The notes beneath the pieces are model-generated. The model was not told the origin of the DNA. It worked only from the letters and a program-made list of their open reading frames with translations, and searched no databases. Positions 54,051 to 64,000 of a stretch of DNA of 64,000 nt are shown here, one piece after another. Position 1 is the first letter of the stretch; each line of letters starts with the position of its first letter. Source of the stretch: Auanema rhodensis (lineage: Eukaryota; Animalia; Nematoda). The position numbers and the translations under genes were made by a program. The stretch covers positions 18,972,001 through 19,036,000 of the forward strand of contig OZ059900.1 of the NCBI GenBank assembly GCA_964057225.1, written 5' to 3'.

Positions 54051-56784
54051 CATTTGAGGACTCATATGAACAAAAATCGATTTAATCAATATTAGCCATA
54101 AGGGGCGTGCCCTCAGAATATGCTAATTTCCTTAATTTTCTAACCCCTGTTTTTTTGTCGTGAAAGTGGAACTAGACGTTGTACGAACAATTTTGAGCTA
54201 GGTTTCATTGACATTGCATGAGTTTGAACACATGAAATCGTAAGTCAAAACCTTGTTTACAGCGAAATTTCCAAAAACTGGTTTTCCAGCATAATAAAAT
54301 ATTTCTCATGGGAAATACTGTGTTTTTGTATTTTTCTAGTGTTCAGCATGTAAAATGCTTCATTTTAGTATGTAACACGCTGAAATTCGTTGCATTTGAC
54401 GACTCATATGAACAAAAATCGATTTAATCAATATTAGCCATAAGGGGCGTGCCCTCAGAATATGCTAATTTCCTTAATTTTCTAACCCCTGTTTTTTTGT
54501 CGTGAAAGTGGAACTAGACGTTGTACGAACAATTTTGAGCTAGGTTTCATTGACATTGCATGAGTTTGAACACATGAAATCGTAAGTCAAAACCTTGTTT
54601 ACAGCGAAATTTCCAAAAACTGGTTTTCCAGCATAATAAAATATTTCTCATGGGAAATACTGTGTTTTTGTATTTTTCTAGTGTTCAGCATGTAAAATGC
54701 TTCATTTTAGTATGTAACACACTGAAATTCGTTGCATTTGACGACTCATATGAACAAAAATCGATTTAATCAATATTAGCCATAAGGGGCGTGCCCTCAG
54801 AATATGCTAATTTCCTTAATTTTCTAACCCCTGTTTTTTTGTCGTGAAAGTGGAACTAGACGTTGTACGAACAATTTTGAGCTAAGTTTCATTGACATTG
54901 CATGAGTTTGAACACATGAAATCGTAAGTCAAAACCTTGTTTACAGCGAAATTTCCAAAAACTGGTTTTCCAGCATAATAAAATATTTCTCATGGGAAAT
55001 ACTGTGTTTTTGTTTTTTTCTAGTGTTCAGCATGTAAAATGCTTCATTTTAGTATGTAACACGCTGAAATTCGTTGCATTTGACGACTCATATGAACAAA
55101 AATCGATTTAATCAATATTAGCCATAAGGAGCGTGCCCTCAGAATATGCTAATTTCCTTAATTTTCTAACCCCTGTTTTTTGTCGTGAAAGTGGAACTAG
55201 ACGTTGTACGAACAATTTTGAGCTAGGTTTCATTGACATTGCATGAGTTTGAACACATGAAATCGTAAGTCAAAACCTTGTTTACAGCGAAATTTCCAAA
55301 AACTGGTTTTCCAGCATAATAAAATATTTCTCATGGGAAATACTGTGTTTTTGTATTTTTCTAGTGTTCAGCATGTAAAATGATTCATTGTAGTATGTAA
55401 CACGCTGAAATTCGTTGCATTTGACGACTCATATGAACAAAAATCGATTTAATCAATATTAGCCATAAGGGGCGTGCCCTCAGAATATGCTAATTTCCTT
55501 AATTTTCTAACCCCTGTTTTTTTGTCGTGAAAGTGGAACTAGACGTTGTACGAACAATTTTGAGCTAGGTTTCATTGACATTGCATGAGTTTGAACACAT
55601 GAAATCGTAAGTCAAAACCTTGTTTACAGCGAAATTTCCAAAAACTGGTTTTCCAGCATAATAAAATATTTCTCATGGGAAATACTGTGTTTTTGTATTT
55701 TTCTAGTGTTCAGCATGTAAAATGCTTCATTTTAGTATGTAACACGCTGAAATTCGTTGCATTTGACGACTCATATGAACAAAAATCGATTTAATCAATA
55801 TTAGCCATAAGGGGCGTGCCCTCAGAATATGCTAATTTCCTTAATTTTCTAACCCCTGTTTTTTTGTCGTGAAAGTGGAACTAGACGTTGTACGAACAAT
55901 TTTGAGCTAGGTTTCATTGACATTGCATGAGTTTGAACACATGAAATCGTAAGTCAAAACCTTGTTTACAGCGAAATTTCCAAAAACTGGTTTTCCAGCA
56001 TAATAAAATATTTCTCATGGGAAATACTGTGTTTTTGTATTTTTCTAGTGTTCAGCATGTAAAATGCTTCATTTTAGTATGTAACACACTGAAATTCGTT
56101 GCATTTGACGACTCATATGAACAAAAATCGATTTAATCAATATTAGCCATAAGGGGCGTGCCCTCAGAATATGCTAATTTCCTTAATTTTCTAACCCCTG
56201 TTTTTTTGTCGTGAAAGTGGAACTAGACGTTGTACGAACAATTTTGAGCTAAGTTTCATTGACATTGCATGAGTTTGAACACATGAAATCGTAAGTCAAA
56301 ACCTTGTTTACAGCGAAATTTCCAAAAACTGGTTTTCCAGCATAATAAAATATTTCTCATGGGAAATACTGTGTTTTTGTTTTTTTCTAGTGTTCAGCAT
56401 GTAAAATGCTTCATTTTAGTATGTAACACGCTGAAATTCGTTGCATTTGACGACTCATATGAACAAAAATCGATTTAATCAATATTAGCCATAAGGGGCG
56501 TGCCCTCAGAATATGCTAATTTCCTTAATTTTCTAACCCCTGTTTTTTGTCGTGAAAGTGGAACTAGACGTTGTACGAACAATTTTGAGCTAGGTTTCAT
56601 TGACATTGCATGAGTTTGAACACATGAAATCGTAAGTCAAAACCTTGTTTACAGCGAAATTTCCAAAAACTGGTTTTCCAGCATAATAAAATATTTCTCA
56701 TGGGAAATACTGTGTTTTTGTATTTTTCTAGTGTTCAGCATGTAAAATGATTCATTGTAGTATGTAACACGCTGAAATTCGTTG
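54051..56784. repeat. Tandem 4-monomer duplication (1367 bp x2): m159-162 ~ m163-166
   Basis: G329A (ACACACTGAA), then G151A+A280T, then T6 tract plus AAATGATTCATTGTAG, each seen twice 1367 bp apart. G329A and the ATGATTCATTG pair were seen nowhere else. Confidence 0.85.
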
Positions 56785-57125
56785 CATTTGACGACTCATA
56801 TGAACAAAAATCGATTTAATCAATATTAGCCATAAGGGGCGTGCCCTCAGAATATGCTAATTTCCTTAATTTTCTAACCCCTGTTTTTTGTCGTGAAAGT
56901 GGAACTAGACGTTGTACGAACAATTTTGAGCTAGGTTTCATTGACATTGCATGAGTTTTAACACATGAAATCATAAGTCAAAACCTTGTTTACAGCGAAA
57001 TTTCCAAAAACTGGTTTTCCAGCATAATAAAATATTTCTCATGGGAAATACTGTGTTTTTGTATTTTTCTAGTGTTCAGCATGTAAAATGCTTCATTTTA
57101 GTATGTAACACGCTGAAATTCGTTG

Positions 57126-59861
57126 CATTTGACGACTCATATGAACAAAAATCGATTTAATCAATATTAGCTATAAGGGGCGTGCCCTCAGAATATGCTA
57201 ATTTCCTTAATTTTCTAACCCCTGTTTTTTTGTCGTGAAAGTGGAACTAGACGTTGTACGAACAATTTTGAGCTAAGTTTCATTGACATTGCATGAGTTT
57301 GAACATATGAAATCGTAAGTCAAAACCTTGTTTACAGCGAAATTTCCAAAAACTGGTTTTCCAGCATAATAAAATATTTCTCATGGGAAATACTGTGTTT
57401 TTGTATTTTTTTAGTGTTCAGCATGTAAAATGCTTCATTTTAGTATGTAACACGCTGAAATTCGTTGCATTTGACGACTCATATGAACAAAAATCGATTT
57501 AATCAATATTAGCCATAAGGGGCGTGCCCTCAGAATATGCTAATTTCCTTAATTTTCTAACCCCTGTTTTTTTGTCGTGAAAGTGGAACTAGACGTTGTA
57601 CGAACAATTTTGAGCTAGGTTTCATTGACATTGCATGAGTTTGAACACATGAAATCGTAAGTCAAAACCTTGTTTACAGCGAAATTTCCAAAAACTGGTT
57701 TTCCAGCATAATAAAATATTTCTCATGGGAAATACTGTGTTTTTGTATTTTTCTAGTGTTCAGCATGTAAAATGCTTCATTTTAGTATGTAACACGCTGA
57801 AATTCGTTGCATTTGACGACTCATATGAACAAAAATCGATTTAATCAATATTAGCCATAAGGGGCGTGCCCTCAGAATATGCTAATTTCCTTAATTTTCT
57901 AACCCCTGTTTTTTTGTCGTGAAAGTGGAACTAGACGTTGTACGAACAATTTTGAGCTAGGTTTCATTGACATTGCATGAGTTTGAACACATGAAATCGT
58001 AAGTCAAAACCTTGTTTACAGCGAAATTTCCAAAAACTGGTTTTCCAGCATAATAAAATATTTTTCATGAGAAATACTGTGTTTTTGTATTTTTCTAGTG
58101 TTCAGCATGTGAAATGCTTCATTTTAGTATGTAACACGCTGAAATTCGTTGCATTTGACGACTCATATGAACAAAAATCGAATTAATCAATATTAGCCAT
58201 AAGGGGCGTGCCCTCAGAATATGCTAATTTCCTTAATTTTCTAACCCCTGTTTTTTTGTCGTGAAAGTGGAACTAGACGTTGTACAAACAATTTTGAGCA
58301 AGGTTTCATTGACATTGCATGAATTTGAACACATGAAATCGTAAGTCAAAACCTTGTTTACAGCGAAATTTCCAAAATCTGGTTTTCCAGCATAATAAAA
58401 TATTTCTCATGGGAAATACTGTGTTTTTGTATTTTTCTAGTGTTCAGCATGTAAAATGCTTCATTTTGGTATGTAACACGCTGAAATTCGTTGTATTTGA
58501 CGACTCATATGAACAAAAATCGATTTAATCAATATTAGCCATAAGGGGCGTGCCCTCAGAATATGCTAATTTCCTTAATTTTCTAACCCCTGTTTTTTTG
58601 TCGTGAAAGTGGAACTAGACGTTGTACGAACAATTTTGAGCTAGGTTTCATTGACATTGCATGAGTTTGAACACATGAAATCGTAAGTCAAAACCTTGTT
58701 TACAGCGAAATTTCCAAAAACTGGTTTTCCAGCATAATAAAATATTTCTCATGGGAAATACTGTGTTTTTGTATTTTTCTAGTGTTCAGCATGTAAAATG
58801 CTTCATTTTAGTATGTAACACGCTGAAATTCGTTGCATTTGACGACTCATATGAACAAAAATCGATTTAATCAATATTAGCCATAAGGGGCGTGCCCTCA
58901 GAATATGCTAATTTCCTTAATTTTCTAACCCCTGTTTTTTTGTCGTGAAAGTGGAACTAGGCGTTGTACGAACAATTTTGAGCTAGGTTTCATTGACATT
59001 GCATGAGTTTGAACACATGAAATCGTAAGTGAAAACCTTGTTTACAGCGAAATTTCCAAAAACTGGTTTTCCAGCATAATAAAATATTTCTCATGGGAAA
59101 TACTGTGTTTTTGTATTTTTCTAGTGTTCAGCATGTAAAATGCTTCATTTTAGTATGTAACACGCTGAAATTCGTTGCATTTGACGACTCATATGAACAA
59201 AAATCGATTTAATCAATATTAGCCATAAGGGGCGTGCCCTCAGAATATGCTAACTTCCTTAATTTTCTAACCCCTGTTTTTTTGTCGTGAAAGTGGAACT
59301 AGACGTTGTACGAACAATTTTGAGCTAGGTTTCATTGACATTGCATGAGTTTGAACACATGAAATCGTAAGTCAAAACCTTGTTTACAGCGAAATTTCCA
59401 AAAACTGGTTTTCCAGCATAATAAAATATTTCTCATGGGAAATACTGTGTTTTTGTTTTTTTCTAGTGTTCAGCATGTAAAATGCTTAATTTTAGTATGT
59501 AACACGCTGAAATTCGTTGCATTTGACGACTCATATGAACAAAAATCGATTTAATCAATATTAGCCATAAGGGGCGTGCCCTCAGAATATGCTAATTTCC
59601 TTAATTTTCTAACCCCTGTTTTTTTGTCGTTAAAGTGGAACTAGACGTTGTACGAACAATTTTGAGCTAGGTTTCATTGACATTGCATGAGTTTGAACAC
59701 ATGAAATCGTAAGTCAAAACCTTGTTTACAGCGAAATTTCCAAAAACTGGTTTTCCAGCATAATAAAATATTTCTCATGGGAAATACTGTGTTTTTGTAT
59801 TTTTCTAGTGTTCAGCATGTAAAATGCTTCATTTTAGTATGTAACACGCTGAAATTCGTTG
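57126..59861. repeat. 8-monomer variant cassette, copy 4 (m168-175)
   Basis: Same ordered variants, including A227T in the 4th monomer. Confidence 0.88.
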
Positions 59862-62800
59862 CATTTGACGACTCATATGAACAAAAATCGATTTAATCAA
59901 TATTAGCCATAAGGGGCGTGCCCTCAGAATATGCTAATTTCCTTAATTTTCTAACCCCTGTTTTTTTGTCGTGAAAGTGGAACTAGACGTTGTACGAACA
60001 ATTTTGAGCTAGGTTTCATTGACATTGCATGAGTTTGAACACATGAAATCGTAAGTCAAAACCTTGTTTACAGCGAAATTTCCAAAAACTGGTTTTCCAG
60101 CATAATAAAATATTTTTCATGAGAAATACTGTGTTTTTGTATTTTTCTAGTGTTCAGCATGTAAAATGCTTCATTTTAGTATGTAACACGCTGAAATTCG
60201 TTGCATTTGACGACTCATATGAACAAAAATCGATTTAATCAATATTAGCCATAAGGGGCGTGCCCTCAGAATATGCTAATTTCCTTAATTTTCTAACCCC
60301 TGTTTTTTTGTCGTGAAAGTGGAACTAGACGTTGTACAAACAATTTTGAGCTAGGTTTCATTGACATTGCATGAGTTTGAACACATGAAATCGTAAGTCA
60401 AAACCTTGTTTACAGCGAAATTTCCAAAAACTGGTTTTCCAGCATAATAAAATATTTCTCATGGGAAATACTGTGTTTTTGTTTTTTTCTAGTGTTCAGC
60501 ATGTAAAATGCTTAATTTTAGTATGTAACACGCTGAAATTCGTTGCATTTGACGACTCATATGAACAAAAATCGATTTAATCAATATTAGCCATAAGGGG
60601 CGTGCCCTCAGAATATGCTAATTTCCTTAATTTTCTAACCCCTGTTTTTTTGTCGTGAAAGTGGAACTAGACGTTGTACGAACAATTTTGAGCTAGGTTT
60701 CATTGACATTGCATGAGTTTGAACACATGAAATCGTAAGTCAAAACCTTGTTTACAGCGAAATTTCCAAAAACTGGTTTTCCAGCATAATAAAATATTTC
60801 TCATGGGAAATACTGTGTTTTTGTATTTTTCTAGTGTTCAGCATGTAAAATGCTTCATTTTAGTATGTAACACGCTGAAATTCGTTGCATTTGACGACTC
60901 ATATGAACAAAAATCGATTTAATCAATATTAGCCATAAGGGGCGTGCCCTCAGAATATGCTAATTTCCTTAATTTTCTAACCCCTGTTTTTTTGTCGTGA
61001 AAGTGGAACTAGACGTTGTACAAACAATTTTGAGCTAGGTTTCATTGACATTGCATGAGTTTGAACACATGAAATCGTAAGTCAAAACCTTGTTTACAGC
61101 GAAATTTCCAAAAACTGGTTTTCCAGCATAATAAAATATTTCTCATGGGAAATACTGTGTTTTTGTTTTTTTCTAGTGTTCAGCATGTAAAATGCTTAAT
61201 TTTAGTATGTAACACGCTGAAATTCGTTGCATTTGACGACTCATATGAACAAAAATCGATTTAATCAATATTAGCCATAAGGGGCGTGCCCTCAGAATAT
61301 GCTAATTTCCTTAATTTTCTAACCCCTGTTTTTTTGTCGTGAAAGTGGAACTAGACGTTGTACGAACAATTTTGAGCTAGGTTTCATTGACATTGCATGA
61401 GTTTGAACACATGAAATCGTAAGTCAAAACCTTGTTTACAGCGAAATTTCCAAAAACTGGTTTTCCAGCATAATAAAATATTTCTCATGGGAAATACTGT
61501 GTTTTTGTATTTTTCTAGTGTTCAGCATGTAAAATGCTTCATTTTAGTATGTAACACGCTGAAATTCGTTGCATTTGACGACTCATATGAACAAAAATCG
61601 ATTTAATCAATATTAGCCATAAGGGGCGTGCCCTCAGAATATGCTAATTTCCTTAATTTTCTAACCCCTGTTTTTTTGTCGTGAAAGTGGAACTAGACGT
61701 TGTACGAACAATTTTGAGTTAGGTTTCATTGACATTGCATGAGTTTGAACACATGAAATCGTAAGTCAAAACCTTGTTTACAGCGAAATTTCCAAAAACT
61801 GGTTTTCCAGCATAATAAAATATTTCTCATGGGAAATACTGTGTTTTTGTATTTTTCTAGTGTTCAGCATGTAAAATACTTCATTTTAGTATGTAACACG
61901 CTGAAATTCGTTGCATTTGACGACTCATATGAACAAAAATCGATTTAATCAATATTAGCCATAAGGGGCGTGCCCTCAGAATATGCTAATTCCCTTAATT
62001 TTCTAACCCCTGTTTTTTTGTCGTGAAAGTGGAACTAGACGTTGTACGAACAATTTTGAGCTAGGTTTCATTGACATTGCATGAGTTTGAACACATGAAA
62101 TCGTAAGTCAAAACCTTGTTTACAGCGAAATTTCCAAAAACTGGTTTTCCAGCATAATAAAATATTTCTCATGGGAAATACTGTGTTTTTGTATTTTTTT
62201 AGTGTTCAGCATGTAAAATGCTTCATTTTAGTATGTAACACGCTGAAATTCGTTGCATTTGACGACTCATATGAACAAAAATCGATTTAATCAATATTAG
62301 CCATAAGGGGCGTGCCCTCAGAATATGCTAATTTCCTTAATTTTCTAACCCCTGTTTTTTTGTCGTGAAAGTGGAACTAGACGTTGTACAAACAATTTTG
62401 AGCTAGGTTTCATTGACATTGCATGAGTTTGAACACATGAAATCGTAAGTCAAAACCTTGTTTACAGCGAAATTTCCAAAAACTGGTTTTCCAGCATAAT
62501 AAAATATTTCTCATGGGAAATACTGTGTTTTTGTATTTTTCTAGTGTTCAGCATGTAAAATGCTTCATTTTAGTATGTAACACGCTGAAATTCGTTGCAT
62601 TTGACGACTCATATGAACAAAAATCGATTTAATCAATATTAGCCATAAGGGGCGTGCCCTCAGAATATGCTAATTTCCTTAATTTTCTAACCCCTGTTTT
62701 TTTGTCGTGAAAGTGGAACTATTCGTTGTACGAACAAATTTGAGCTAGGTTTCATTGACATTGCATGAGTTTGAACACATGAAATCGTAAGTCAAAACCT

Positions 62801-64000
62801 TGTTTACAGCGAAATTTCCAAAAACTGGTTTTCCAGCATAATAAAATATTTCTCATGGGAAATACTGTGTTTTTGTATTTTTCTAGTGTTCAGCATGTAA
62901 AATGCTTCATTTTAGTATGTAACACGCTGAAATTCGTTGCATTTGACGACTCATATGAACCAAAATCGATTTAATCAATATTAGCCATAAGGGGCGTGCC
63001 CTCAGAATATTCTAATTTCCTTAATTTTCTAACCCTTGTTTTTTTGTCGTGAAAGTGGAACTAGACGTTGTACGAACAATTTTGAGCTAGGTTTCATTGA
63101 CATTGCATGAGTTTGAACACATGAAATCGTAAGTCAAAACCTTGTTTACAGCGAAATTTCCAAAAACTGGTTTTCCAGCATAATAAAATATTTTTCATGA
63201 GAAATACTGTGTTTTTGTATTTTTCTAGTGTTCAGCATGTAAAATGGTTCATTTTAGTATGTAACACGCTAAAATTCGTTGCATTTGACGACTCATATGA
63301 ACAAAAATCGATTTAATCAATATTAGCCATAAGGGGCGTGCCCTCAGAATATGCTAATTTCCTTAATTTTCTAACCCCTGTTTTTTTGTCGTGAAAGTGG
63401 AACTAGACGTTGTACGAACAATTTTGAGCTAGGTTTCATTGACATTGCATGAGTTTGAACACATGAAATCGTAAGTCAAAACCTTGTTTACAGCGAAATT
63501 TCCAAAAACTGGTTTTCCAGCATAATAAAATATTTCTCATGGGAAATACTGTGTTTTTGTATTTTTCTAGTGTTCAGCATGTAAAATGCTTCATTTTAGT
63601 ATGTAACACGCTGAAATTCGTTGCATTTGACGACTCATATGAACAAAAATCGATTTAATCAATATTAGCCATAAGGGGCGTGCCCTCAGAATATGCTAAT
63701 TTCCTTAATTTTCTAACCCTTGTTTTTTTGTCGTGAAAGTGGAACTAGACGTTGTACGAACAATTTTGAGCTAGGTTTCATTGACATTGCATGAGTTTGA
63801 ACACATGAAATCGTAAGTCAAAACCTTGTTTACAGCGAAATTTCCAAAAACTGGTTTTCCAGCATAATAAAATATTTCTCATGGGAAATACTGTGTTTTT
63901 GTATTTTTCTAGTGTTCAGCATGTAAAATGCTTCATTTTAGTATGTAACACGCTGAAATTCGTTGCATTTGACGACTCATATGAACAAAAATCGATTTAA

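Larger units (their letters stand above)
1..64000. repeat. Tandem satellite DNA array, 342-bp monomer, ~187.1 copies, single orientation
   Basis: CATTTGACGACTCATATGAAC recurs at 1, 343, 685, 1027 ... 63624, 63966. Net drift from an exact 342 period is +11 bp, which matches 15 one-base insertions and 4 one-base deletions. No non-repeat sequence was seen. Confidence 0.99.

Noticed and set aside
1-64000. Repetitive protein-coding ORF (342 is divisible by 3)
   Set aside because: Every frame on both strands has stops in each monomer (plus strand: TAG at 43, TGA at 5, TAA at 33; minus strand: TCA at 12, TTA at 32, CTA at 73). The 1-bp indels also shift frame.
1-64000. CRISPR array or other repeat-spacer system
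   Set aside because: There are no unique spacers. The entire unit is repeated and no cas genes are present.
1-64000. Pure sequencing or assembly artefact (concatemer)
   Set aside because: Linked, ordered and nested variant haplotypes are not what random error on one template produces. Local misassembly of individual blocks cannot be excluded.
1-64000. Variant pattern as an information-bearing code
   Set aside because: Ordinary block duplication, crossover and conversion account for the pattern. Nothing in the sequence requires a functional code.

Overview
The whole 64 kb window is one uninterrupted head-to-tail satellite DNA array. It holds 187 complete monomers plus a 35-bp partial one. 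The consensus unit is 342 bp and about 34% GC by my count; 15 monomers are 343 bp and 4 are 341 bp. Monomers differ from consensus at only 0-7 positions. I found no genes, RNA genes, transposon insertions, inversions or CRISPR spacers. The array looks like eukaryotic (peri)centromeric or heterochromatic satellite, but I cannot assign a species or named family from the sequence alone. The informative structure is (i) a monomer rich in dyad symmetries and (ii) shared variants that reveal irregular higher-order duplications (2-, 4-, 8-, 12- and ~25-monomer scales), chimeric monomers at duplication junctions, and spatial domains of variants. I see no evidence of a novel protein- or RNA-coding system. 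'mN' means monomer N and variant positions are given within the monomer (monomer 1 = 1-342). Variants were typed by eye and may contain occasional errors.
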